Assembly: GCA_046761065.1 (NCBI GenBank)
Contig: JBHIFL010000021.1
Coordinates: 1-52,113, forward strand
DNA length: 52,113 nt
Direction: 5' to 3'
Source of the DNA: Candidatus Heimdallarchaeota archaeon
Lineage (GTDB): Archaea; Asgardarchaeota; Wukongarchaeia; Wukongarchaeales; JBHIFL01
A model generated the notes under the pieces. That model saw only the letters and a program-made list of their open reading frames with translations, did not search any database and had not been told where the DNA came from. Both the position numbers and the translations under genes were made by a program. Positions 9,947 to 20,579 of the stretch are shown here, in pieces. Numbering within the stretch: position 1 is the first letter of the stretch; each line of letters begins with the position of its first letter.

Positions 9947-10252
9947 TTATGCGATAGCAAGGCGGATAAGGACTTCGTTTCGCCCGTCGGAACTCCTTCT
10001 TGAGATACAAATCTCTCTCAGGTCCCTGGTTTAGTTGCCACACTCTTTTTCCCTCTTCGTCGTCTCCACAATCGCTATAACTTCCCCAACTTCAATTTGA
10101 TCTCCGACACTCATGTTGATTTTCAGGGCTCAACATGGCATTGGGGCTACTAATTGGTCCCCTGGAATGGGAGCGTGTGGAGCCATCAAGCCCTCAGGGG
10201 TTGGTACCTCATGAAACGAGACCGAAGGCCTTTTGGGTTCTAACTTGAGGGT
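9947..10252 (-). pseudogene. Decayed biotinyl (BCCP) domain of a biotin carboxyl carrier protein
   Basis: In frame after the 10253 stop: ...LVAPMPC*ALKINMSVGDQIEVGEVIAIVETTKREKECGN*...; APMPG and EAMKM motifs are degraded, with stops at 10130 and 10031. Confidence 0.8.
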
Positions 10253-10513
10253 TTACCATTCTTCTAGCTCGATTTTTATGTCTTCTCCATCTATTGTAAT
10301 CTGAAAAGGTTTATTGAGTGCGATCCCTTCCATAATACTGATTTCATAGGTCAGTTCACCAATTGTGGCTTTAATGGTGTTCTCATCCGGCATGGAAGTG
10401 ATAATCTTCACATTAAAGGCTTCGTCGTTTAGTTTGACGAGGGCTTCGCTGTTTATGACCTCTACTTCTAGAATATAGGGAACCCCCTCAACTTTGATCG
10501 TATACTTCTTCAT
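10253..10513 (-). CDS. N-terminal beta-rich domain of the biotin carrier subunit (truncated BCCP)
   Basis: MKKYTIKVEGVPYILEVE start is typical of BCCP/MmdC-like subunits; intact 86 aa directly after the 5S gene. Confidence 0.7.
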   Translation of the reverse strand: MKKYTIKVEGVPYILEVEVINSEALVKLNDEAFNVKIITSMPDENTIKATIGELTYEISIMEGIALNKPFQITIDGEDIKIELEEW

Positions 10514-10529
10514 GGTGGGTCCCTGAGCC

Positions 10530-12086
10530 TCATTGTAGGTTCAGCATCCCCTGGTGTAACTCCTGTCTCCCAGCCAGCCCCCAGATGTTGAGGAATCTAA
10601 TAGGTGGTCTTGCCACAGGGACGATTAGGGGAGGTACACGTTGTTGGTGAAGCTGTCGAATAACAGCAGCGGAGATGGCGGCAATTTTCGCGAGGTTCAC
10701 CTTCTCGGGCATGGTTCTTTCTTTGAGCCACTCTATAGTCACTTCGGGGAAGAGGGCATAAGAAATCGCATCTTCGTCCTTCTCGGAGTACTGCTTTATC
10801 GCGTTTCGAGCGTCATCGAGCATGGGAGGCAAGAGATCCGCCGGTCTCACGGATATCGGCTCTTCATCTCCAATCGCCTTCTGCTTGATACCTTCATCAA
10901 TCGGCGCTGGCGGTCGCCCATAGTAGCCGCGGATGTATTGGGTGACTTCTTTAGGGATGATCTTCCAGCGGTCTCCGGTCACCACGTTTAAGACGGCCTG
11001 AGCCCCCACCAATTGGCTAGTAGGGGTGACCAAAGGGCACCAACCGAGTTCCTGCCGAACTTTTGGGACCTCTCGGAGGACTTCTGGAAGTTTATCCAGG
11101 GCGTTTTGCTCTTTTAGTTGGGTGATAAGGTTGGAGTACATGCCGCCGGGGATTTGATACAGAAGCACATTGGTATCGACCCCGACAAGGCCGGATTCAA
11201 AGGTGTGGTATTTTTTGCGTACTTCACGGAAGTATTGGCTAATTTCAGAAAGCAAGGTCAAACTAAGGCCAGTATCTCGCTCTGTCCCCTGGAGGGTCGC
11301 CACGAGGGGTTCACAGGGGGGTTGGGAGGTAAGCATAGCTAGAGATGAGATTGCCGTGTCGACCACGTCAACACCAGCTTCCACAGCTTTTAGGTACGCC
11401 ATAGAAGCCATGCCGCTGGTATAGTGACTATGGAGTTGGACCAACGTTTTCTTATCGAGTTCTTCCTTCAGCCGCCGGACCAATTCGTAGGTCGTCGTGG
11501 GATCGATTAAGCCCGCCATATCCTTAATACAGATCGAATCTGCGCCCAACTCCTCCAAAGTTTTCGCATCTTCCACAAATTTGTCGATGTTGTGAACCGG
11601 GCTGGTCGTGTAACAAACGGAGGCTTGGACATGGGCCCCTTCTCGACTGGCAATCTTTATGGCAAATTCCATGTTTCTCGTGTCATTGAGGGCATCAAAA
11701 ATGCGGAATATATCTAAGCCACAACTGATGGCATTCACGATAAACTGTTCAAGCACATCATCTGGGTAATGCTTATACCCAACAATGTTCTGGCCTCTGA
11801 GCAGCATCTGGAGTTGTGTGTGGGGGATATGCTCCCGGATAAGACGGAGGCGCTCCCAAGGGCTTTCCTTGAGGTATCGTAGGGCACTGTCGAAGGTGGC
11901 TCCCCCCCAGACCTCCAGTGAGTGGTAACCAACTTGATCAATTTTCTCGGTAATGGGGAGCATGTCGTCGGTCTTCAACCGGGTAGCGAGTAAGGATTGA
12001 TGGGCGTCACGCAGGGTCGTATCAGTAATTCTCAGTGGTTGCGACGAGAACACCTCCCGAAGTTGGCTATAGGGGGATATTCCCAT
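10530..12086 (-). CDS. Pyruvate/oxaloacetate carboxyltransferase (transcarboxylase 5S / OadA / PycB family), no biotinyl domain
   Basis: [54 protein letters not shown] and PLVTPTSQ motifs. Start uncertain (ATG 12086 or GTG 12053). Confidence 0.92.
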   Translation of the reverse strand: MGISPYSQLREVFSSQPLRITDTTLRDAHQSLLATRLKTDDMLPITEKIDQVGYHSLEVWGGATFDSALRYLKESPWERLRLIREHIPHTQLQMLLRGQNIVGYKHYPDDVLEQFIVNAISCGLDIFRIFDALNDTRNMEFAIKIASREGAHVQASVCYTTSPVHNIDKFVEDAKTLEELGADSICIKDMAGLIDPTTTYELVRRLKEELDKKTLVQLHSHYTSGMASMAYLKAVEAGVDVVDTAISSLAMLTSQPPCEPLVATLQGTERDTGLSLTLLSEISQYFREVRKKYHTFESGLVGVDTNVLLYQIPGGMYSNLITQLKEQNALDKLPEVLREVPKVRQELGWCPLVTPTSQLVGAQAVLNVVTGDRWKIIPKEVTQYIRGYYGRPPAPIDEGIKQKAIGDEEPISVRPADLLPPMLDDARNAIKQYSEKDEDAISYALFPEVTIEWLKERTMPEKVNLAKIAAISAAVIRQLHQQRVPPLIVPVARPPIRFLNIWGLAGRQELHQGMLNLQ

Positions 12087-13620
12087 GTTTTCGGGGTGGG
12101 CGTTGTTCGCGTTTGGTGGCAACGGTTTCTAACGCTTGGATTAAAAGCGGTCTCGTGTCTTTGGGTTCGATAACCGCATCGATAAACCCGATCTCTGCCG
12201 CCTTCCAAGGGTTCGCAAACTTTTCGATATACTCTTGGATTTTAACTTCCCGATACGCGTCGGGATCTTTAGCTTTTTGAATTTCGCGCCGAAAGATGAT
12301 GTTAGCTGCCCCGGAAGGCCCCATGACCGCACATTCGGCGGTTGGCCATGCGTAAACAATATCTGCCCCACTATGGCGGCTTGCCATAACATCGTACGCT
12401 CCGCCATAGGCCTTTCGTGTAATTAACGTGATTTTCGGGACGGTGGCTTCACAGAATGCGTAAAGCAGCTTCGCACCATGGCGGATGATGCCACCGTGCT
12501 CTTGGGTTGTGCCTGGTAGGAACCCCGGGACGTCCATAAAGGTAATCAGTGGAATGTTGAAGGCGTCGCAGAACCGCACGAATCGAGCTGCTTTATCCGA
12601 CGAGTTGATGTCGAGGGTCCCTGCAAGAAAGGCCGGCTGATTGGCAACGATTCCTACAGAGCGTCCATTGAGCCGAGCAAAGCCCACGATAATGTTTCGG
12701 GCATAGTGCTCATGGACCTCAAAAAAATCGCCATTATCGACGACCTTCCGGATGACCATTTTCATATCGTAGGCTTTCGAACTTTCATCTGGGATGATTG
12801 CATTTAAGGAATCGTCCGTCCTATTTGGGTCATCTGTGGGTTCAACAAAGGGAGGATCTTCCAGGTTATTATTAGGAATAAAACTCAAGAGCTTTCGAAT
12901 CATGTCGAAGCAGGCATCCTCGTTTTTCGCAGCAAAATGGGAAACTCCTGAGGTCTGATTGTGGACCATTGCTCCTCCAAGGGTTTCAAAGGTGACTTCT
13001 TCTCCTGTAACGGTTTTAATGACCTCTGGTCCCGTGATAAACATGTAACTTGTGCCTTCTGTCATAAAGATAAAATCGGTCATGGCCGGAGAATAAACGG
13101 CACCACCTGCATTCGGACCAAGAATCGCCGAGATCTGAGGTATCACGCCGCTAGAGATTACATTCCTGAAAAAGATCTCCCCATACGCTCCTAATGCGAC
13201 TACGCCTTCTTGGATACGGGCTCCTCCGGAGTCATTGAGGCCAATAATTGGGGCGCCAGCTTTAAGGGCTGCATCACAGATCTTGACGATCTTCTTGCCC
13301 CATTGCTCACCACAGGTCCCACCAAAGACGGTAAAGTCTTGGGAAAAGACATAAATAGGCCTTCCATCAATTGTGCCGAATCCAGTAACCACACCATCTC
13401 CAAGGATTCGCCGCTCGAACATTCCAAAGTCATGCACTTGATGCATTGCGAATTTGTCGGTTTCCACAAAAGATCCAGGATCCAACAATTTCTCAATGCG
13501 TTCTCTGGCGGTGTACTTGCCCCGTTTATGTTGTCTTTCAATCCGCTCTTTCCCTCCGCCCAATTCGGCGTGTTCATTTTTCTTCCGGAATTCTTCAAGT
13601 TTTTTCTGCGTGCTCACCAT
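12067..13620 (-). CDS. pccB: Acyl-CoA carboxyltransferase beta (PccB / MmdA / transcarboxylase 12S)
   Basis: [43 protein letters not shown] and C-terminal KHGNIPL. Confidence 0.95.
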   Translation of the reverse strand: MVSTQKKLEEFRKKNEHAELGGGKERIERQHKRGKYTARERIEKLLDPGSFVETDKFAMHQVHDFGMFERRILGDGVVTGFGTIDGRPIYVFSQDFTVFGGTCGEQWGKKIVKICDAALKAGAPIIGLNDSGGARIQEGVVALGAYGEIFFRNVISSGVIPQISAILGPNAGGAVYSPAMTDFIFMTEGTSYMFITGPEVIKTVTGEEVTFETLGGAMVHNQTSGVSHFAAKNEDACFDMIRKLLSFIPNNNLEDPPFVEPTDDPNRTDDSLNAIIPDESSKAYDMKMVIRKVVDNGDFFEVHEHYARNIIVGFARLNGRSVGIVANQPAFLAGTLDINSSDKAARFVRFCDAFNIPLITFMDVPGFLPGTTQEHGGIIRHGAKLLYAFCEATVPKITLITRKAYGGAYDVMASRHSGADIVYAWPTAECAVMGPSGAANIIFRREIQKAKDPDAYREVKIQEYIEKFANPWKAAEIGFIDAVIEPKDTRPLLIQALETVATKREQRPPRKHGNIPL

Positions 13621-13759
13621 TTAGAAACCTCATTTCGCTTTACTTAATATATTCATGCCTTGAGAAGCGTGTTTTAACCTGAGGAGAAGCTCACAATATT
13701 CCCAACGAGGTTCAAATTATTCACAGCTTATGGAAACACTCTGAAATTCGAGGAACCGG

Positions 13760-14566
13760 CTAAATTCTTTTCGAATCGATAACTTCGCCAGATATAATTC
13801 GCTGTACCGAATTATCAGCAAGCTTCAGGATCAAGCCACCATCCGGATCTATCCCTTGAGCGATGCCCTCAAATGTGTCGTGTGTCGTTGTAATGCGAAT
13901 CCACCGCCCCGGTGTGACAAGTAACGTGTTATAGGTATTGAGAAGTGGAAAGAGGTCATTCTTTTGGAATTCTTCATATAAACGTTCAAATTCTTCCAAG
14001 AAATTCTGAATAAACGCTGTCAGAGAGATTTCAGTTTTCAGCTCCTCCTTAATGGAAGTTCCGGTTGCTCGAACCTCCTTAGGTGATGCCTTCAGATCTA
14101 CATTAGCGTTGATCCCTAAGCCGACTATTAGGTATTCAAGACGGCCGCCTTTTGTACCGCCTTCGGTAAGCACCCCGCAGATTTTCTTGTCGTTAACCAA
14201 GACATCATTTGGCCATTTTACTCCGGCATCCAACTGATATTTGATTTGGAGGAAATTAGCCATTGCAATTGCGCTGACTAACGCTATCTTTGGAGCTTGA
14301 TGGGGAGCAATTGGGGGTTTTAAAATGATTGAAATATAAACGCCTCCCGGTGGCGAGAACCATTTACGGGGCTGACCACCATGAAACCGTCCCCGCCCAT
14401 GAATTTGTTCTTTCGCAATAATTACGACACCTTCATTCGCGCCAGCTTCTACAAGTTCTTTTGCTTTATCATTTGTAGAGTCGATTCTTTGATAACAGAT
14501 TACCTCATGACCAATAACTTTTGTTCTCAGCCCGTTTTTAATTTCAAGAGCCCATGCGGGTTCCAT
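13760..14566 (-). CDS. birA: Biotin--protein ligase (class I, no HTH)
   Basis: DSTND, QxHGRGR, KWPNDVLVNDKKICGVL and GLGINAN motifs. Confidence 0.95.
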   Translation of the reverse strand: MEPAWALEIKNGLRTKVIGHEVICYQRIDSTNDKAKELVEAGANEGVVIIAKEQIHGRGRFHGGQPRKWFSPPGGVYISIILKPPIAPHQAPKIALVSAIAMANFLQIKYQLDAGVKWPNDVLVNDKKICGVLTEGGTKGGRLEYLIVGLGINANVDLKASPKEVRATGTSIKEELKTEISLTAFIQNFLEEFERLYEEFQKNDLFPLLNTYNTLLVTPGRWIRITTTHDTFEGIAQGIDPDGGLILKLADNSVQRIISGEVIDSKRI

Positions 14567-14651
14567 TGTGCGCCCCAGCTTTTGCCCTATTCTGGGATTA
14601 GATGCGGTTGTAGCATACTTACCCTATCTCAGGCAGTAAATTGCATAGAAG

Positions 14652-15065
14652 TTAGTCTGTGGCCTCCATGAACTCGAAGAGGACTCCTCTGGTACTTCTT
14701 GGATGTACAAATGCAATTTTAGTCCGATGTGCTCCAATTCTGGGTTTTTCATCTATTAGGGTTACTCCTTGCTCTTTAGCCCGTTGTAGAGCGGTCTTTA
14801 TATTGTCAACTTCTAATGCAATGTGATGGATACCTTCTCCACGGCGTTCGATATGTTTGGCAATAGGAGAATCTGGTGTGGTCCCTTCAAGCAATTCGAT
14901 ATGTGTCTCCCCTATGGGGAGAAACGCAATTTTCACGCGTTGCTCTTCAACTCTCGAAATGTCCTCGCATTGGAGTCCTAATGCTTCAGAATAAAGCTTT
15001 GCTACCTCTTCAGCATCTTTAACAGCAATTCCAATATGAGCTATCTTCTTTATCATACCAATCAA
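14652..15065 (-). CDS. mce: Methylmalonyl-CoA epimerase (VOC family)
   Basis: HIGIAV, IELLE, RGEGIHHIALEV and IAFVHPRSTRGVLFE motifs. Confidence 0.93.
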   Translation of the reverse strand: MIGMIKKIAHIGIAVKDAEEVAKLYSEALGLQCEDISRVEEQRVKIAFLPIGETHIELLEGTTPDSPIAKHIERRGEGIHHIALEVDNIKTALQRAKEQGVTLIDEKPRIGAHRTKIAFVHPRSTRGVLFEFMEATD

Positions 15066-15346
15066 CTCATTTGTTTTGAAAATAGGTTAAGTTATGATCA
15101 CCGCTCTTTAAAAGCTTCCATTAACTCTTTCTAGGGGTATCATTGCACCTAATCTTGTTCATGTTGAACACTTATGGAGTAGTATTTTAATGAAATTATT
15201 AGATCACCTAATTTCAGCATTTATATGTACTGAAAAAGGGTCGATTTTCTTAGAATGGCTCCGATCTTTGGGATCATCTATCCATCGATGAAGGGAAGAG
15301 CTCAACATAGCTAGTAGCAGTTTCAAAGCCGTTAATTGTGCGGTTA

Positions 15347-15595
15347 TCATACTAAGGGAGCGGTTGCGTGAATCAGAGTGTGGATGCCCCGTAAAATCGT
15401 CCGACAGCTGTCACACACATAGTAGACTTCTTCAGCGGTTTCCTCGGAAATCCGCATGATCTTTATTTTTCTAGTAGACTCTGATATTACGGTGTCTCCT
15501 TCCATTTCAACACTTGGGACTTCTGCCCCCTCTTGCCTGTGGCACAACCAGCATTGCTTAGGATCTCCTACGAATTGAAAAAGTTCTTTACTCAT
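15347..15595 (-). CDS. Small zinc-finger-like hypothetical protein
   Basis: CWLC...CDSC cysteine pairs; AGGTGG upstream of ATG. Confidence 0.7.
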   Translation of the reverse strand: MSKELFQFVGDPKQCWLCHRQEGAEVPSVEMEGDTVISESTRKIKIMRISEETAEEVYYVCDSCRTILRGIHTLIHATAPLV

Positions 15596-15955
15596 TTTTA
15601 AACCACCTGTGAATCATTTTGTATGTTAAGAACAAAAACATTTCGCGTGATTCTGTTGAATGATAAGTTGACAATATTTCAAATAAAAAGTAGTTATACA
15701 TATTTAGTTATTAGGACGGGTTTAAAGCGGTAATAAATTGAAATGGGAGCAAATTGGTTCTCCTAATTGTAATTTAGAATAAGTTGTAATGAGCAAGGGC
15801 AATCCGAGTTTTCTCCCTCTTATTTATCCTGTTTGGTTTCATGACTTAACCGAAGTGATGGGCCATTGGCTCTAGGTTATTCTTATATTGAAGAATGGAA
15901 AACCTTTTTGGCATAACAGAAGTGAATGCATAAAAGCTCCCGGAGTTTTGAACCG

Positions 15956-17401
15956 ATGTTTCTTGACAAGTTCATAAATGCCGAAGAGATTTTCACATTT
16001 TCTGATCTCATCCTTTTACCGAGAAAGACTAGCATTGCTCCTTGGGAACCCGATGTCCAGACCCAAGTTACAAACAATTGGCGTATAAATATCCCACTCG
16101 TTTCTTCTCCCATGGATACGGTGACTGAGACGCAGATGGCAATCTCCCTCGCTCGATGTGGGGGAATGGGAGTTCTGCATCGAAATTGCAGCATTAAAGA
16201 TCAAGTAGAAATGGCTCGTCAAGTAAAACGCGCTGAGTCTTTTATTATCCGAGATGTAATTACAACGACCCCGGACACTACTGTGAGAGAATTAAAAGAG
16301 GCAATAGCCCAATACAAAATCAGCGGGTTCCCTGTGGTTGGTAAGGCGGGAGATCTTGTTGGGATCGTAACTCTCCGCGATGTACGGTTTGCTTCTGAAG
16401 CGTTAACAGTTCAAGATGTTATGTCGAAAGAAGTTGTCACTGCCTCAGAAGAAACGTCTCTTGAGGATGCGAAAAAGCTAATGCACGAACATAGGATTGA
16501 GAAACTCCCTATCGAACGGGAGGGAAAACTTGTCGGGCTAATTACGTTGAAAGATCTGGATCTCCGGGGGAAGTTTCCTGACTCTTCCCGAGATGAAGAA
16601 GGACGACTACTCTGCGCTGCAGGGATCTCCCCCTTCGATCAGAAACGGGTGGAGAAACTGGATCGTTACGTGGATATTTTTGTTTGCGACGTGGCGCATG
16701 CTCATAATGAGGAAGTCATGAGAGCGGTTAAAAGTTTAGCAGCGAGGTGCGCAGCAGCCTTGATTTTTGGGAATATCGGAACCTCAGAGGCCGCCGAAGA
16801 GGCTCTTACAAGACTTGAACGGTTGAATGGCTTTCGAGTGGGCCTCGGCAGTGGCTCTACGTGCAAAACAAGTGTTGTTACAAAGGCAGCGGCACCGACG
16901 CTCTATGCGACTGCGAGGGTAGCCGAAACGGTTTATGAATATGGTGCCCTCGAGCAGATTCCGATCATTGCAGATGGAGGGATTCGAAACCCAGGAGATG
17001 CATCCTTAGCGCTGGCTGCAGGGGCTTCTGCGGTTATGCTGGGTAATATTTTTGCAAGTTGCCGAGAAAGTCCAGGACGTTTAGTTGCTCTTGAAGGGAA
17101 ATATTGGAAAACGTTTCGAGGAATGGCTTCGCAGGCAGCTCTGCAGAAACGCTTCGCAATTGACCGATATGGGCATACACGGATACCTGAAGGAATAGAA
17201 GGGTTCGTCCCATTTCGAGGTCCTGTCAAAGAGGTCGTCTCCGAATTTATTGCAGGTATTAAAGCATCTTTTGCTTATTGTGGCGCAAACACCATTGCAG
17301 ACATGTGGAAAAAAGCAAGGTTTGGGAAAATAACCAATGCAGGCATCAAGGAAATGCAACCACATGACATCCTGATGCCAGGGAGGGCTGAAACCAGTTA
17401 A
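15956..17401 (+). CDS. guaB: IMP dehydrogenase with tandem CBS domains
   Basis: TFSDLILLP, SSPMDTVTE, GGMGVLHRN, catalytic loop GSGSTCKT, IIADGGIR, RGMAS, flap DRY and PEGIEG. Start taken at the second Met. Confidence 0.93.
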   Translation: MFLDKFINAEEIFTFSDLILLPRKTSIAPWEPDVQTQVTNNWRINIPLVSSPMDTVTETQMAISLARCGGMGVLHRNCSIKDQVEMARQVKRAESFIIRDVITTTPDTTVRELKEAIAQYKISGFPVVGKAGDLVGIVTLRDVRFASEALTVQDVMSKEVVTASEETSLEDAKKLMHEHRIEKLPIEREGKLVGLITLKDLDLRGKFPDSSRDEEGRLLCAAGISPFDQKRVEKLDRYVDIFVCDVAHAHNEEVMRAVKSLAARCAAALIFGNIGTSEAAEEALTRLERLNGFRVGLGSGSTCKTSVVTKAAAPTLYATARVAETVYEYGALEQIPIIADGGIRNPGDASLALAAGASAVMLGNIFASCRESPGRLVALEGKYWKTFRGMASQAALQKRFAIDRYGHTRIPEGIEGFVPFRGPVKEVVSEFIAGIKASFAYCGANTIADMWKKARFGKITNAGIKEMQPHDILMPGRAETS

Positions 17402-17607
17402 ATACGTACAATTTTCACGATTAGCCCATAGTATACAAATGTGATGAAGAATCAGGAGCCCTCATTTAAAATTCACAATATAAATAAGATTTTACTAAGT
17501 ACAAAGTGATAACGGCCTAATATTTGGTATACACGGATTTAGATCCTCTTTCTCATCTTACAAAACATTTAGTTTTCTATTAGGAAGTTAGAAGGGTTAA
17601 AGATTGA

Positions 17608-18636
17608 TTAGTAGGTCCTATCTACGATAAACTCCACAAGGTCAATGAGCAATTGTTTTGCCTCAGAATCTGGAAAAACTGCTATTGCATTCTTTGCTTC
17701 TTCTTCTAGGCGTTTCGCTTCTTTTTTTACGCGAACTGGTCCATTAGTGGATTTCAAAGTTGAGATGACCCAAGAAACATCTTTTTGATCAGGTTTCTCT
17801 TGGCGAATGATGTTGAGAAGCTTGTTCCTCCTCTCTTCCTCGAGCTCCTCAAGCGAGTAAATAATAACAAGGTTCCCGAGCTTGTGTTCCTTGATGTCTT
17901 TCCCGATCTCTTTTCCAAATTTTTCTTCTTGAGCAAACAGATCTAAATAATCATCTATAAGCTGAAAGGCTAGGCCCGCATTCCAGCCATATTTACCAGC
18001 GGTAGTAAGTAGTTCCTTGGATGCATGATAGGCACAAAGGACACCTGCTTGACAGGCAACTTTGATGATTTCGGCGGTCTTACGGCCTATCATATCAAAA
18101 TATGCGTCTCGTGTAACATCTTGATACCGATGTTGGAGGATATATGGTTCAGTCCGTCCTGCTTGCTCGAAAAGGATATCTAGTCGCTCTCCTTCAATCA
18201 TTGCTCGTATTGCTTGAGAAAACAATTCATTGATCTGTTCTGCATTATGAACTTGCTTAGTGGCTTCGAAAGCAGCTTCACGGTAATGCATTCCTATTAG
18301 GAGTGCGATTGGAATGCCATATTTTTTCCAGACAGTAGGGTTTCCCCTACGTAACGTTGAATTATCAATAATGTCGTCCATAATAAGACTATAGTTGTGA
18401 AGTAATTCAATACCTGCTGCGGGACCATATGCTTCTTTTCTAATGCCTCCAGCCGCTTCGCAGAATAAAAGCGTCAAAGCAGGGCGAACCCTCTTTCCTC
18501 CGGTCGTAATTAGGAATTTTACTGCATCAAAAAAGTTTTCACTGCTCTCTTTTTCAAGGAGGTTATATATTGTCGCATCTGTCATGCTACCTATTTCTTT
18601 AAGAACTTCTATCATGTCTTTTTCTTTTTGCCTCAT
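17608..18636 (-). CDS. idsA: Polyprenyl diphosphate synthase (GGPP synthase-like)
   Basis: GGKRVRP, FARM YSLIMDDIIDNSTLRRG, KT and SARM FQLIDDYLD. Confidence 0.9.
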   Translation of the reverse strand: MRQKEKDMIEVLKEIGSMTDATIYNLLEKESSENFFDAVKFLITTGGKRVRPALTLLFCEAAGGIRKEAYGPAAGIELLHNYSLIMDDIIDNSTLRRGNPTVWKKYGIPIALLIGMHYREAAFEATKQVHNAEQINELFSQAIRAMIEGERLDILFEQAGRTEPYILQHRYQDVTRDAYFDMIGRKTAEIIKVACQAGVLCAYHASKELLTTAGKYGWNAGLAFQLIDDYLDLFAQEEKFGKEIGKDIKEHKLGNLVIIYSLEELEEERRNKLLNIIRQEKPDQKDVSWVISTLKSTNGPVRVKKEAKRLEEEAKNAIAVFPDSEAKQLLIDLVEFIVDRTY

Positions 18637-18744
18637 CTACCCCACATCAAACATATTATTCTCTAAAATTTATGATAATTGTCAATTGAGTTTGCATTTA
18701 CCCAGAAAATCACCTTAAAGCGAGTGGCCAGATTCCCCTTCTCG

Positions 18745-19584
18745 CTATTGAAGAAAACCTGAAATCACACCGTGAATTGCACAGAGACTATAAATGGCTT
18801 TTCGTTCTAATGAAAAATCTCGGGTTTCGGAACAAAAAGACATTGAATAGAGATTTGGGTTTTTTAAGTCGTCCCAATGCCTCCCATTGAATCGTTCCAC
18901 TCTTCGAATTAGTTCGAAGGCTTCAAGATCCCAACTTTCTTTCATGTGTTCGAGTTGGAATTTTGTAAGTTCTTCCTCTTTCAGTAAGGCTTTTCTATAG
19001 ACAGTCAGAGCTGTGGGATTTTGGATTAGAGTTGTCGGAGTTCTATCAATCTCTCGAAGTACTTTTCTTTCTTCTTCTGTCAATTCCAAAATTGTTGCTA
19101 GTGTTTCTTTGAATTCAATGATTTTAGAAATGGTAAAGAAACTAAATCTCCCTTCTCCCATGTTGGAGACAAATTTTTTTACTTCCACATCACTTAATGC
19201 CATTAATGCACGATCAGGATAGTTACTCTCAACTTCAAAGGAAGGAGGAATTCCTAATATATTCGCTAATTGACTTTGTTTAGAGAACATATCTGTTTTA
19301 TGGATTATTTGCAACCAAAATATGTCGTGTTGCTTCTTGTTTATAAAGACCCCAGACGCCACTAAATAGGAAGGAAAACCTAAGAGAAGATATGTACCCT
19401 TGTTTTTATCTTCTGCCATGGAAATTTGGGCCAGTTCAAAATCAATTCTGGTAATCTCTGTGACGTCATCTATATTTTCTTCGATGGCCTTTAGAATGCG
19501 ATCCAAGATCTCTGCGCGCTTTATTCGTTCTTTTTCTGAGACTTCAACGCTTTTGGGGAAAAGCATTAGGCTGCTTGGGAACAA
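18745..19584 (-). CDS. Hypothetical protein
   Basis: 279-aa ORF, TTG start after GAGGTGA; no recognised motif. Confidence 0.75.
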   Translation of the reverse strand: MFPSSLMLFPKSVEVSEKERIKRAEILDRILKAIEENIDDVTEITRIDFELAQISMAEDKNKGTYLLLGFPSYLVASGVFINKKQHDIFWLQIIHKTDMFSKQSQLANILGIPPSFEVESNYPDRALMALSDVEVKKFVSNMGEGRFSFFTISKIIEFKETLATILELTEEERKVLREIDRTPTTLIQNPTALTVYRKALLKEEELTKFQLEHMKESWDLEAFELIRRVERFNGRHWDDLKNPNLYSMSFCSETRDFSLERKAIYSLCAIHGVISGFLQ

Positions 19585-20130
19585 GCAATCACCTCTGTGA
19601 TATGGAATGATACCAGTATTGGAAGCCTATGTTACTTGGATTTGGGACATCTAACTCGATAGATAGAAACCAACCCATTGATACACATAACTCATATAGA
19701 TGAGTGGAAGTTGGTAGAGTTGCTTATTCAACTTTTTTAGGTCATAATAAATCTCAAAGCTGCAAATTAAATATCTGCATATGGGAAAGCCTTCCCTTAG
19801 CATCAACTTATAATAATAGGTAAATTCGATTGACTTTATCTCTTTGTGGTGTCCTCCGTATCACAAATAGTATTTGCTCTCCTAAACAATTACCCTTAAG
19901 TCGAGCCAAATAAATTTTTAGACTTAAAAAACAATTATCGGGGCTTTTTCGTTTTATTATTTTCTAGACCAAGATCGTTTACACTATCTTAGCTTCTAAT
20001 AGCATGTTATATAAGAAAATTTGATCATAAAAGTTTATTACAAAGTTTTAGTATTATATTCGTTCTTGATAATTAAGGAAAAGAGGGTTTAAATATTTTG
20101 AAAGGATATACTTTGTTTAGATATATAGCA

Positions 20131-20349
20131 TTAATCAGATTTCTCCAAGACAATTTTTTTATCTTTCCAATCAATTTTTACAACTATTTCTCCAAAGTAG
20201 AGAGACATTTCTCCTCCAAATGGTTCGCATTTACTGCAAAAATCCAAATTTTCCATAGCATCCCTGATTTTATGTAAAAGACACTTATTCCGTTCGCCTA
20301 ATGCATCACTTTCAACCTTGAACAGTTTATCTCCTATGATTTGGCACAA
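20131..20349 (-). CDS. Small Cys-containing hypothetical protein
   Basis: Strong GGAGGTGA ribosome-binding motif before TTG; CxxC motif. Confidence 0.65.
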   Translation of the reverse strand: MCQIIGDKLFKVESDALGERNKCLLHKIRDAMENLDFCSKCEPFGGEMSLYFGEIVVKIDWKDKKIVLEKSD

Positions 20350-20579
20350 ATAATTTCACCTCCCCTCCCGTCCTGATTAAACTAGAAAAAGACAACCAAC
20401 ATCTGGAAAAACGTTATGAGCATATCCGCATAATACCTGAAGTAAACAGACCTAGAAATGCTAACATTCATTTTTAATGTCGTAACATCACTCTAAACTT
20501 CTAATTTGCCCATATACATGTTTTGTTGGGTAAATTTTTAATCTTGGGTACTTCCGTCTATGAAAAACAACCAAATTAT

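Noticed and set aside
12087-12122. Track start of the 5S gene at 12122
   Set aside because: It would overlap the conserved pccB C-terminus by 56 nt; a later start is more plausible.
15956-17401. GMP reductase instead of IMPDH
   Set aside because: The flap Arg-Tyr (DRY) and PEG motifs fit IMPDH despite the unusual GSGSTCKT loop.
19720-20130. AT-rich intergenic region as a replication origin
   Set aside because: No ORB-like repeats and no adjacent cdc6/orc1 gene.
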